Assembly (NCBI RefSeq): GCF_001194135.2
Contig: NC_068982.1
Span: 85,864,996-85,911,869, forward strand
Length of the DNA stretch: 46,874 nucleotides
Source: Octopus bimaculoides
Lineage: Eukaryota
Reading direction: 5' to 3'
Shown here: piece after piece, positions 22,156-34,065 of the stretch
How the letters are laid out: each line of letters begins with the position of its first letter
Position numbering within the stretch: the first letter of the stretch is position 1
Program-made: the position numbers and the translations under genes
The notes under the pieces: generated by a model
What the model saw: the letters and a program-made list of their open reading frames with translations, nothing else
Database searches by the model: none
Told to the model about the DNA's origin: nothing

Positions 22156-23980
22156 CTATGTATATTTCCTATTTAGTATTGGGGAAGTTTCATTTATAAG
22201 GACGTACTCCCGTATTTGTCTTAAAGTTGGGTCTTTTGGGTGCTTGGATAAGATGCGGATGTCAAGTTGACTCAAGTTGTCTCCATGCTGGTCTTTGACA
22301 TGTTGGTAGAGTATGGAGGACTGTTTTTTGTCGTCGTATTGTCTCATATGTTCGTTTAGTCGTTCCGCAATGCTCCTAGATGTTTCACCTATGTATGTCA
22401 TATTCAGGTCTTTACAAGCACTTTCCATGCATTTTATAATGTAAACTACATTTCTACTTCTGCAGTTAATACCAGGGCTAATCCTACATACCATGCAGTT
22501 ATCATTGGAACATATGGTATTCTCAAAGGTGTACGTCCTACATAGTTGTGATCTGATGGAGTTCCCTGGCTTTTCAACAATCTTAATGTTGATTTTGGAC
22601 ACCTTCAGAGCTTTTCTAAACCTACACGCTAGTTCTCCATGGGCTGTGGCCTCTACAAACATCACTCCTTGATATCTGTCGGTTTTATACCACGTGTTCG
22701 CCTTGTTGGCTTTGTCACAAATTCTTTGTATCCTATTCCATTCTTTGTTTCTATATCTAGGGCAGGTACCACTGATATCATTACGTATAATCTTATCTAA
22801 CCTCTTTCTAGCTCCCCTGTATACTCAAACCCTATCTTTCTGATTATATCCAGAGAACTGCATGCGGTGCATGGAGTTCTGTGTATATTTNNNNNNNNNN
22901 NNNNNNNNNNNNNNNNNNNNNNNNNNNNNNNNNNNNNNNNNNNNNNNNNNNNNNNNNNNNNNNNNNNNNNNNNNNNNNNNNNNNNNNNNNNNNNNNNNNN
23001 NNNNNNNNNNNNNNNNNNNNNNNNNNNNNNNNNNNNNNNNNNNNNNNNNNNNNNNNNNNNNNNNNNNNNNNNNNNNNNNNNNNNNNNNNNNNNNNNNNNN
23101 NNNNNNNNNNNNNNNNNNNNNNNNNNNNNNNNNNNNNNNNNNNNNNNNNNNNNNNNNNNNNNNNNNNNNNNNNNNNNNNNNNNNNNNNNNNNNNNNNNNN
23201 NNNNNNNNNNNNNNNNNNNNNNNNNNNNNNNNNNNNNNNNNNNNNNNNNNNNNNNNNNNNNNNNNNNNNNNNNNNNNNNNNNNNNNNNNNNNNATGATAT
23301 TAATGTCATCTACATATCTGCTGTAAAGTAGAAGAGTTGTAGACTGTTCTGCTAACACATGTTTAAGTTTTCTGTCCCACCAGGTCATGAAGAGGCCGGC
23401 CACATCTCCAGCTACACCAACTCCAATGGCTGCACCTTGAACCTGCATGTATAGTTTTTTGTTGAACTTTACAATGTGGTTCTTCAAGGTGGTTTTTATA
23501 CTGGCCCCTATTGCGTGAGCAATCATTTCCTTCACCTGATTGTTGTTCTCAGGGTTTTGGGTGGGTGCAGTCCAGCCACTCCAGCGTTCAGTGGTGATTT
23601 TTTTCACTGCTGAAGTGATGGTGAGTGGTCTTCCCCTCTGTGGCCTGGTGGGGCAGAATCTACTGAGGTCATGGTCATCCAAATAGTTACTGTCATAGCT
23701 TAGTCTGAGGAGGAGGCCCAGTTCCCTCGTGTTGACCTTGCGGAACTCCACTTCACTCTCACAGATCACCTGAATGCATATCTCCACAGCAAAATCTATG
23801 TCTATAGATGGGTAGAGTGAAATCACATCCATACTACCCACTACACAACCTGTGAGGTTGTTGGAGTGGTTGCAAGTACTGATTTTACCGAGGAGATCTT
23901 CCGTGCTCACACAGCCATCTGGAGACATCTCTATGAGAGGTTGTAATACCCGTGAGAGGAACTTAATTGTTTTACCAAAA
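22156..23980 (-). mobile_element. Penelope-like retroelement (RT plus GIY-YIG), 5'-truncated
   Basis: RT VVGSMDVISLYPSID, YMQVQGAAIG and YSRYVDDINI; Cys-rich linker CSNDNCMVC..NC; GIY-YIG RNVVYIIKC...YIGETSRSIAERLNEH. After the gap one frame is open apart from a single TGA at 22825-27. Confidence 0.92.
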
Positions 23981-24249
23981 TAACAATGGCAAACAATGAC
24001 CATAAAGCATGACAGTAAGAATTGAATTGAGAGGGGCAGAGAATATACAGGGAAAAATTGGGGAAAGAGCAAAGAAGAAATAAGAAACTGGAATAAAGAT
24101 AAGAGAAACAGCAATGAAGCAAAGCTTTAATTCAGGAGGAGTGAAAGCATTAATTCAAGATGAGAAGAATAAATTAATACGAGTAATGGAGTTAGAAGGT
24201 GTCATATAATGAACAGCAAAGCTGAAGCTAATAAGGAAAGAATGAGAAT

Positions 24250-25830
24250 TGTTAATCAAATAAAATATAAAAGATGATGACAAGCAAGATACAGTGATAC
24301 CTTGCAAGAGAAATCTGCATTTTCCTGTCTTTCAAAATGTTACGAAAATGTAGCAGAGCAGTGTTATTAAATAAAGCAGCTGCATGACCTGTAAATACTT
24401 TTCCAGGATGATCTTTTTCTACAAATTCAGGAACATACTGCCACTTTGCCAATACTGACTTTATGTCACTCATAGAAATAACCTTCTCCACTACAATGTC
24501 CTCCTCCAGGGAACCAATCTCTTCCACTGCAACTGAATGCTGCTGCTCTTGAAACTGCAGGAGTTCATCTATCATCAGCTCCTCTGAGTGTTTCTCGATG
24601 AGATTGTTAATGTCCCCATTGTCAATTTCAAGGCCCATAGACTTGCCAAGAGATGCTATCTCCTCGACTACAAGTGTCTCCCACTCAAACCCCTTGAAGT
24701 CTCTTTTGGATACGCAGTCAGGCCACAGCTTCCACCATGCAGAATTCAGCATTCTCCTTATTACACCCTGCCTCGCCATATTGAGGATTTTCAGGCAGTT
24801 AACAATGTTGTAGTGCTCCTTCCAAAACTCACAAGGGGTTAGATTTGTATTTTTGGTGACTTTAAAGCACTGACAAAACAGGTGTTTGGAGTACAATTTC
24901 TTAAAATTAGAAATTACCTGTTGGTCTATGGACTGCAAGATAGGGGTGGCGTTGCAAGAACTTTTATGAATTTAAGTTCGTCCAGAGTATCATCTTTGAG
25001 GTTAGGAGGGTGAGCAGGAGCAGTGTCAAAGACAAGGAGGGCCTTGAGAGGAAGATTGTTCTCTAGAAGGTACTTTTTCATTGCTGGTTTGAAGACAAGG
25101 TTGACCCACTCGGTGAAGAATTGCCTGGTGACTCAGGTCTTAATGTTTCCCCTCCACATGACCTACAGCTTCTCTTTCAGGATTTTGTGTGACTTGAACA
25201 CTCATGGATTTTTGGAATGGTAGACAAGGTGCAGTTTAGTCTTCAAGTCTCCACTCACATTAGCACAAAGGATGAGAGTTAGCCTATCTTTCATAGGCTT
25301 GTGGCCTGGTATTTTCTTCTTCTCTGTAGCTATGTAGGTTCTTCTGAGTGTTTTTTTTTCCAAAAAAGGCTAGTTTCATCACAGTTGAATACTTGTGCAA
25401 TGTACCCCTTTGCTGTGGTGAGCTGATGAAATTTATGCACAAAATCCTCAGCTGCCTTTGTATCAGAACTCGCTGCTTCTCCACTATGAACACCAACCCT
25501 CTTCTTGAAATTATCAAACCAGCTGCGACTGGCCTTAAATGCATCTGCTGATGTCTCCTCCATCGAAGTACCAGAGTTCTTCTTCAGGAGATCCTTATTC
25601 AGCGCTTGTGCTTTCTCGCAGATGATGGTCTCTGTAATTTTATACCCTGTAAGTTGCTTCTTGATCTACAGAAGCAATTTTTCTATCTCTTCATGGACAA
25701 ATGTGCATTGCTTGGAGAGCTGTTGTAACAGCCTTGAGCTCGTCCTTTTTCTTCAGGATGGCGCAGATCGTTGATGTGCTTCAGTTGTATTGATGTGCTA
25801 TGCCACTACATGCATTCCTCACTCTTTTGC
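24250..25830 (-). mobile_element. Second Tigger/pogo (TIGD1-like) transposase relic
   Basis: FKASRSWFDNFKKR...GEAASSDTKAAE...QVFNCDETSLFWKK; QSIDQQVISNFKKLY...EFWKEHYNI...NSAWWKLWPD. TIRs not located. Confidence 0.88.
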
Positions 25831-25955
25831 CAGTTGAATAGTTGCTTAGGATTTAACATATTTTATATCATGTATATAAAACTGAGGGTGTGTGTGTGTG
25901 TGTGTGTGTGTAAATCCGCAAAACTTCTGAAGTTTGCAACTGATTGGGAACATAC

Positions 25956-26085
25956 ATTCCAAAGATGGTTTTAAACTCTTAAAATTTTTCACATAATGAG
26001 TAATGGGGCCCCTGGGGGTAGAAAACTCCCCTTTCCTGGGGTACATATGATTGTCCGCATGGTCCACGCCTTGCTTCTGTTCAAA
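25956..26085 (-). CDS. Candidate internal coding exon (130 nt)
   Basis: gctgttttttccag|TTTGAACAG...TTTGGAAT|gtatgt; frame 0 is open: FEQKQGVDHADNHMYPRKGEFSTPRGPITHYVKNFKSLKPSLE. More GC/CpG-rich than the flanks. Confidence 0.4.
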
Positions 26086-26535
26086 CTGGAAAAAACAGCT
26101 ACTGAAATGATATAAGTAGGTTGTATTAAATGGATTAACCAATGTAGACTTCAAACTGCATTGTCTACGTGGTAGCAATAACAGCATGTTCCCATAGTAC
26201 CATAGGTTCAATTTGTTGGGATGAAAACTGTTTGGAATGCATTATGTTTATTATGAAAAATTTACTAAAATATGTTAAATCCTGAGCAACTATTCAACTA
26301 TTTTCTTTTAGCTTCAGTATCAAAGTCTTCCTTCTAAGCATAGATGAAACCCATACAAATATTTTTCAGTTATTGATTACAAACCAAAATATCGCATGTA
26401 CATTAATCTACTAATTTATGGTGTCTAAGACCCAATCACATTAGTTAGACACCGTGTCCTTAATGTAACCGTGCATGCCCAGATACTGCATGCATGCTTC
26501 TTACCACACAACCAAACTATATATATATATATATA

Positions 26536-28894
26536 TCATCATTATCATCACTTTTTAACGTCCATCTTCCATACATGCATGGGTAGGATCGTTCACAGGA
26601 GCTGGCCAGGTAGAAAATCTACCCTATGCTACTGTCTGTTTTGGCAAGGTTTTTATGGCCCTTTCTAACACCAACCACTCTGCAGAGTGGACTCAGTGCT
26701 TTTTATGTGGCACTAGCACAGGTGTGGTTAGTTATGATATTTACAGTTGGATACCCTTCCAAATGCCAACCACTTTACAGTGTGGACTGGGTGCTTTTTA
26801 CATGGCACCAGCACTAGCAGGGTCACTAAGTAACTCACAAGACAAGGAATTATGAGAGGGGCAGGGGCAGGGGCAGGGGCATTTGAGAAGGGGAACTCAT
26901 GTCAGAGGATGAAAGATTAGCGTATGACAAAGGGGCAGAAGATGTCTTGCTATAACAGAGGTGGCAATGGAGGAGGTGATCCAGTATCAGAAGATGAAAG
27001 GTTAGAGTGTGACAGAGAAATAGGGAAGGTACATGGTTATCCAGAGAGAGAAAGAGAGGGAGAGAAAGAGAGGGAGAGAAAGAGAGAGAAAAAGAGAGAG
27101 AGAGAGAGAGAGAGACTAAGAATCAGGGTTAAAATAGGTGTGCTACTGTAGAGGAGATATGTGGCTACCCAGCCAGAGGGAAAGAGAGAGAGTAGGAAAC
27201 AGCAAAAGTGTAAGTGAGAGCAGGAGAGAGATAGTGAAGTGCCAAGGTATACTGACAAGTAACAAGGATCAAAGCATAGATGTAAAGAAAAGAGAGGTAT
27301 GAAAGTCGTAATACACGTGGTCAGGTGTTGCCAAGAAGGTGCAAGTAGAGAGTGAGGATTGCAGTGACTGGTGAAAACCTGGAGGGCAGTGAAGGCAGAA
27401 GAGGGGATTGGAAGAAATCATAATTCATGAAGAGGAAATGTGAGGAAGAGAAAGATGTTGTCTAGAAGGGGAGATGTAGTTCAGTTTTTTGGGGTAGGGT
27501 GTGTGAAAAGTTTGTTGTTACATATGGGTGGAACACAACACTTCTAACACTCAGTTTTGTTGGAACCTCATATCACCAAACATCTTGGTCCATTGTCATT
27601 TCCTCTGTAAGCCCCAACATCCTAAGATTAGTCTTCACCATTTCATCCCGTGTCTTCCTGGGTCTCCGTCATCCAAAGGTACCATCCACTTTCAGCGACA
27701 GGCACTTTATACAGCTGTCTTCACACATATGCATCACATGTCCAAACCAATGCATTCTCTTCTCTTGTATGCCACATTTAATCCCTCTTATGCCTAACTT
27801 TTCTCTCAGCACAGTTGCACTTTGTCAGTCATGCACACTCATGTTGCAAATTCAACAGCGCATACTACCTTCATTCCTCTCCAGTCTACACATGTCCTCT
27901 GCAGTCATAGCTCATGTCTCACTACCATGTAATATAGCTGTTCACACACAGGCATCATACAATCTGCCTTTCACTCTGAGAGAGAGTCCTTTTGCTGCCA
28001 ACAGAGGTAGCAGCTCTCTGAACTTCTTCCATCCAATTCTTATTCTCAAAACAATACTTTCAGAATATCCACCACCTTTACTAATTTGGTCACCTAAATA
28101 GCAGAAACTAACTACTAACCTCAATAGAGCCTCCTTGGAATTTTAGAGTCTAAGTCCTGTGTGCATTTAGTTCTTATTGTTCCAGTGCATCTGCCACACA
28201 TGAAAGTGACCTTATCTGTTAACATATCTATGATTCCAATGCATGACTTATGCATCCATAGCTTACACTTGGTGCAGCAAATGGAAAGCAGAGCAATCTA
28301 TCTGATGGAAGGAGAGTTTTATCTATTTTCTTACTAACAACAACTTTAGTCTTTGCTAAGTTAACTTTAAGACCCTTTGATTTCAGGTTTTGCTTCCAGA
28401 CCCAGAACGTCTCCAATTCTGCTTCAGATTCCACAATAAGAGGAAAATCATCAGCATATAACAGTTCCAATTGGCATCCAGTTTTGAATTCCTCTGTTAT
28501 GACCTGGACAACTATGATGAATAAAAGTGGACTAAGAACTGATCGCTAGTGAACTCCAACTTGTACACTAAATTCACTGTATTCAAGACTGACTCCCACC
28601 TTACTGACAACATCACCGGATAAGAGAGCAGGGAACCCTGTCAAAAGCTTTCTCCAGATTGACGAAGGCTAAGTACGATGGTTTACTTTTGGCCAAATAC
28701 TTTTCTTGAAACTGTCTCACTATGAAGATGGCATCTGTGATACTTCTCCCTGGAACAAAACCAAACTGCCTCTCATGTAGTTTAATTCTATCCCTAATCA
28801 ATTGAGATACAACACTCTCAGTAATTTTCATGACCTGGTCCAGCAGCTTGATACCTCTGTAGTTGTTTCTAAGGCATCACCTTTACCCTTGTAA
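26536..28894 (-). mobile_element. RTE (BovB-like) LINE, copy 1, decayed, runs into a gap
   Basis: RT motifs QFGFVPGRSITDAIFIVRQFQEKYL...AFVNLEKAFDRVP, ELLYADD, GLKVNLAKTKVV, FCYLGDQIS..GG...RIRIGWKKFRELLPLL; 3' tail at 26536-26830. Confidence 0.9.
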
Positions 28895-28995
28895 CNNNNN
28901 NNNNNNNNNNNNNNNNNNNNNNNNNNNNNNNNNNNNNNNNNNNNNNNNNNNNNNNNNNNNNNNNNNNNNNNNNNNNNNNNNNNNNNNNNNNNNNN

Positions 28996-29039
<44 letters not shown>

Positions 29040-29289
29040 ACAAAAAATGGATTGTGGTTCACTACAGCTGTTTCAGACGTGTTTTTATTGATGAACAGAA
29101 GTGTTATAGCATGCAAAAAAAAATCATTTTCATTGGGTGGATACAGGTAAGTATTAAACATTTTGAACATCTCAAGAACAAGTAGATAGTGTTGCTTGAT
29201 TCTACTGACTCAAGTTTGGTCAGAGAATGAAGATTCTAGGTTAGCATCAAGTTTATAAAGAGGAACATGTTAAGGGGCCTGGATCTGGG

Positions 29290-31685
29290 AGTGGAGTGTA
29301 TGGGGAAATACAAGGAAGTAAATGGAGGGAGAAATACTGAAGCATGATCTTATTTGATCTCATAAAGAGTTATAAATAAGACACATACTTACTCAGTCAG
29401 AGGGAAAGTGTAAGAGAGAGAGTGGGAGAGAACAAGAGTGCGAGAGACATGGTGGAAAAGTGCCAGGGCATACTCACAGGGAAAAGGGATCGGTGGAGAA
29501 ATGCCAGGGTATTTCCTTAAGGTGCAGGGGTCAGAATATAGATAGTAGGCTATTGCCAAAGGTGCATGAATAAGGAGTAGAGACTTCACATGAATGCAAA
29601 GAGTGGGGGGGGATGCAGACTGGTGAAACCTGGGTATACAGAGAGGGTGGGGGGACAACAGGATAGCAATAATACAGTGAACAGAGTGGTGAGGACAGGA
29701 CTGGGTGCAAGAGGTAAACACAAGCATAATGCATGAAAAAGAGGAAATGTGAGGAAGAGAAGAGATGCAATTTGGTTTGTTAGAGTAGGGAGTATGAAAA
29801 GTTTTATTGTTACATGTGGGTAGAACACACAGCACTTCCAGAACTCAGTTTTGCTGAAGTGGGTAGCTCTTTTCCAGAACCTCATCGCCAGACATCTTGG
29901 TCCATTGTCATCTCTATGAGGCTCCACAGGTGCCGTCCACATTCAGTGCTCTGCAATTCTTTATACAGCTATCTTCGTTGATACGTATCACAGTACCTGA
30001 ACCAATATAGTCTTCTTTCTTGCAGGCTGCATTTGATTCCCTTTATGAGGGGGTACCCAAAAGACATTGGAATTTTGCAATACTATTTTATTCACTTAGT
30101 TTTACATGCTTACACTTTTATTGCCTTCAAAGTATTCTCCATTTGAAACAATGCATTGGTCCAGGTGTGTTTTCCACTATTCAAAGCAGTGCTGGAAGTC
30201 TTGTGAAATAATGCTTTTTAATACATTCGTTGTTTTTTGTTCATCTCTTCCACATCTGCAAATTCCATAGCACCAGCTTTCGTCACCAGTGATGACCTTT
30301 GAAAAAAGGTTTGCATCAATTTCCAACTGCTCTTTCAGTTCACAACACGCATTCAGTCATGACTGCTTTTGATCTGCCGTGAGCAGGCAAAACACAAATT
30401 TTGCTGCAACTCTTTTCATTCACAATTCCTCACTCGAAATTCATTGGCAGGAGTTCCAGGACACACCAGTCATATCAACAAGTTTGTCAATTGTTCGGTG
30501 ATGGTCCTCCAAGATGTTTTCATTTGTTTGGGAGGTTGACAGTTGTCCTGAACAAGGTTGGTCTTCAAGTGACAAGTGACCATTCCTAAAGTGTGAAAAT
30601 CATTTATAAACTTGTGTTTTGCTCATGATAGCATCCTTGTAAGCTGTTTGAAACATGACAATTGTTTTGGCCACTGTTTTCTTCAGCAGAAAACATAATT
30701 TCATGGAATTACACTGTTCTTTTGTTTCAGCCATCACAAAAATCAATGAACAGAGGAGGAGAGACATGGTGGCAAAACAACGACACAATGTGGCAGTATG
30801 ACTGCACAGTTGGCAGACTGATGCCTGAGGGTCACATCAAGTGGCTTCTAGAGGTGGAAGCCTGAACAACAATGGGCTTGTCCCACCGAAAACATTTTCG
30901 GTTATTTTGGGGTACCCCCTCGTATGCCCAACTTTTCTCTCAACTCATTTGCACCTTGTTGTACATCCAATGGAGCATACTGTCTTCATTCCTCTCTAGT
31001 CTATGCATGTCTTCTGCATTCAAAGCTCATGTCTCACTACTGTGGAGTATAGCCATTCTTACACAAGCATCATACAATTTACCTTTCTCTCTGAACTTCT
31101 TCTATTCTGTTCTTATTCTAGAAACAATACTTTCAGAACATCCTCCACCATTGCTAATTTGGTTACCTAGGTATTGGAAACTATTTACAACCTCATGAGA
31201 GTCTCCTGGGCATTTGAAAGAGTCTAATTCCTGTGTGTCCTTAGTGCTTATTGTTCCTGCACATCTGCCATTTTATCTATTAATCTACTTCTGATTCCAC
31301 TGTACCTCTCATGAGTCCATAGTTTACACTGGGTGTAGAGAATGGAATTACTTCCAACTCCTTTCCTATGTATTGAGCAGGGCCATTTACCTGATGGAAA
31401 GAGAGTCTTATCTGTTTTCTTGCTAACAACTTTGGTCTTTGCTAGGTTAACTTTAAAGCCCTTTGATTCCAGGTTTTGCTTCCATACCTGGAATTTCTTC
31501 TCCAATTTTGCTACAGATTCTGCAATAAGAGTAAGGTCATCAGAATACAGTAGTTCTCATGGGCACCCAGTTTTGAATTCCTCTATTATGGCCTGGAGGA
31601 TTATGATGAATAAGAGTGGACTAAGAATTGATCCCTGGTGAATGCCAACTTGTACACTAAATTCACTCTATTTACAGTCGATTCA
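29290..31685 (-). mobile_element. RTE LINE, copy 2, split by a mariner insertion
   Basis: WKQNLESKGFKVNLAKTKVV...GKWPCS; aligns with copy 1 on both sides of 30046-30922. Left boundary approximate. Confidence 0.85.
30046..30922 (-). mobile_element. Internally deleted mariner, copy 2, both TIRs, TA TSD
   Basis: TA|TGAGGGGGTACCCAAAA ... TTTTGGGGTACCCCCTCG|TA; MAETKEQCNSMKLCFLLKKTVAKTIVMFQTAYKDAIMSKTQVY. Confidence 0.92.
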
Positions 31686-31862
31686 TGGGATGGAGGAGAA
31701 GTGATGGGGGAGGGAGAGGTTGTGGTGTATGAAATATGCTTTTTTTTAAACTAAGTTTTCTTTTTCTCCATTACTTAGCCTATCTGTAATGCTTTCACAC
31801 GATTAGTTTAAGGGAAAGGTGAAGAGTGAAAGAAAAAGGAGAGAAAAAGAGGGGTAAGGCAA

Positions 31863-31906
<44 letters not shown>

Positions 31907-32046
31907 GGAGAGTGCTGTGTATTAAGTCTATAAAATTGTGCATAAATGATATAAAATGTACATATAAAGTGCATTAAGTAATTTCCTTCACTTTGCAATG
32001 ATTTGCAGGTGAGCAACTATCTTTTGATACAGACACAACACTTTCA

Positions 32047-32300
32047 GGTGTTAGCCAGCGAAAAATTGCCGAAAATCTTCAAATTCCTCTTGCTACTGTT
32101 AATAAAATTATAGTGCAATTCAAAAGCCAAGGAAAAGAATCAACAGAGTCTCGTCCCAGTCGACCTGGGCCCTCAGAAAGGAAGCTTCGCTGTTTGAAGA
32201 GAATTGTGGAAAATGAACCCCGTTCAAAGACTTCTGACATTGCAAAACAGCTAGTAGTTAGCCCCCAGAGCACTAAAATAATAAAATCCCTGGAATATTC
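32047..32300 (+). mobile_element. Tc1 transposase N-terminal paired-like HTH fragment
   Basis: Open frame GVSQRKIAENLQIPLATVNKIIVQFKSQGKESTESRPSRPGPSERKLRCLKRIVENEPRSKTSDIAKQL; no DDE domain follows. Confidence 0.75.
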
Positions 32301-32319
32301 ATATGAAGAAATACTAGGA

Positions 32320-32512
32320 GATTCATGTGGAAAGACCCAGTGAAAGAGGAAAACCAAGGAAGATGTGAACAGAACTGGTGAAAGCTCATCTCAGAAAGCT
32401 GAACCTTGCAAAGGTGATGAAAAAGGAATGTAACAAGTGATTGGATGCTGTGTTGGAGATGATTTGTCCTACCTCTACAAGCATGGAAAAAAAATAACAT
32501 GATGATGATGAT
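32320..32512 (+). mobile_element. RTE LINE C-terminus and tail fragment
   Basis: VERPSERGKPRKM*TELVKAHLRKLNL (GRPRKTW..VK.DL-like), then GCATGGAAAA...(GAT)n. Confidence 0.65.
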
Positions 32513-33299
32513 TGATTGATTGATTGATGGATGGGTGGATGGATGGATGGATACATACATACATATAGGCAGACAAACAAGCAAACAAAATGGCCACCTT
32601 GATTAAGGTTCTTCTACTGTAGCTTCAGCCTAACCAATGGCTGTATGAATGAAATTCAGTGGCCAGAAACTGTGCAGAAACTTCATGTGTATTTGTGTCC
32701 ATGATTGCTATTATGCTTATTGACATAAACTGGAGTCAAGTTTATGTCAGTAAACTTTTATGACAGTTATTGAAGAAACAGACTTTAATAAAAGAAGTAC
32801 AAGACTGAAATAAATACCAGAGTTAATATGAATGACTAAACATTTTGAATGAAATATGCATTATGGCTGTAGTCAAATGACTGAAACTAGTCGAATAATA
32901 GAATATTATGTATTTTAGTTTAGATATAAAGAGCCTTAGTTTAAATCTAGTCCTACTCTATGTACATATGAAGGAACATTGCCATTTGATTATGATCAGT
33001 GATGAAGTTAAATATTTTAAGATATTGATGTAAAAAAAGGTGTAAATATTTTTAAATGGTTATCACTAAAGATGCAATTAATCACCTGGAAAATTATAAT
33101 CAGATAATTATATGTGAACAAGATGCTGAGGACACTACAAAGTTCAGGTAAGAGTAGTCAAATATTTATATCACATTTGAGAAAGAATTAGTTTCCTAGC
33201 AATTACAGTTAATGTTCCATTAGTGGGTTTTTATATATATTTTTTTTAAAGTTTACTTGGTATAATGCTTAATTTATATCTAAAAAAAAAAGTAAATAA

Positions 33300-33530
33300 G
33301 GCAGCAAGTTGGCAGAAACGTTAGCATGCTAGGCGAAATGCTTAGCGGTATTTTGTCTGCCATTACATTCTGAGTTCAAATTCTGCTGAGCTCGACTTTG
33401 CCTTTCATCCTTTTGGGGTCGATTAAATAAGCACCAGTTAAACACTGGGATCGATGTAATTGACTTAATCTCTTTGTCTGTCCTTGTTTGTCCCCTCTAT
33501 GTTTAGCCCCTTGTGGGCAATAAAAAAATA
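33300..33530 (+). mobile_element. tRNA-derived SINE, best-preserved copy
   Basis: A-box-like TGGCAGAAACGTTAGC, B-box GAGTTCAAATTC, central CCTTTCATCCTTTTGGGGTCGAT, A-rich tail. Confidence 0.85.
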
Positions 33531-33666
33531 AAAAAGAAACTAAACCATTCATGTTAAATACACATGCATACGCCCCATCATATTATAGTAATTTGGTGCG
33601 ATTTTAGATGCAGACAAGGAAATTTACAATTTCTTGTGCATTTATATGAATGTAATGCATAAATAC

Positions 33667-33821
33667 ACAAGAATTGAAAATTTCTGAGTTCATTTTATTA
33701 ACCTTGAAGGGATGAATGGCCAAGTCAACTTTGGTGACATTTAAACTCAGAATGTAAGATTGGGAAGAAATACTGCTAAGCATTTCATGCAACATGCTAA
33801 AAATTCTGTCAGATCACTGCC
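33667..33821 (-). mobile_element. tRNA-derived SINE, decayed, inverted relative to 33300
   Basis: Reverse complement GGCAGTGATCTGACAGAATTTTTAGCATG...GAAATGCTTAGCAGTATTTC...ACATTCTGAGTTTAAA. Confidence 0.75.
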
Positions 33822-34014
33822 TTTCTCTCTCTTATAAGTATACATTTTATTTGCACCTCCTTTGTTTAAAATGTAAACATGCATTTAGTGCTCAGTCCTA
33901 ATTTAACTAATGATATATTAAATTTAATTGACATATAAAACATCTGCAGATATTTTTGAAGTTATGTCAAAATTAATATTCAGAATGTGCTAGATAAAGA
34001 AAGAGATGATTTAC

Positions 34015-34065
34015 TGGAAATCGATTTCAAATGAATATTGCATTTTTGGCACAACACAAAGCTTT
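34015..34065 (-). CDS. Candidate symmetric 51-nt internal exon
   Basis: tgtcttgtgttcag|AAAGCTT...TTTCCA|gtaaat; the phase-2 reading KLCVVPKMQYSFEIDF is open, and a phase-1 reading is also open. Confidence 0.35.

Noticed and set aside
21510-22270. Cluster of overlapping Cys/Val/Tyr-rich and His/Thr-rich ORFs
   Set aside because: These are translations of (TG)n/(TATG)n microsatellites.
7441-31685. Excess of minus-strand TEs in the long putative intron
   Set aside because: About 9 versus 4 coding-type elements, not independent because of nesting; too few to support a strand bias.
33300-33400. tRNA-like A/B boxes
   Set aside because: These are SINE heads with no complete cloverleaf, so they are not called as tRNA genes.
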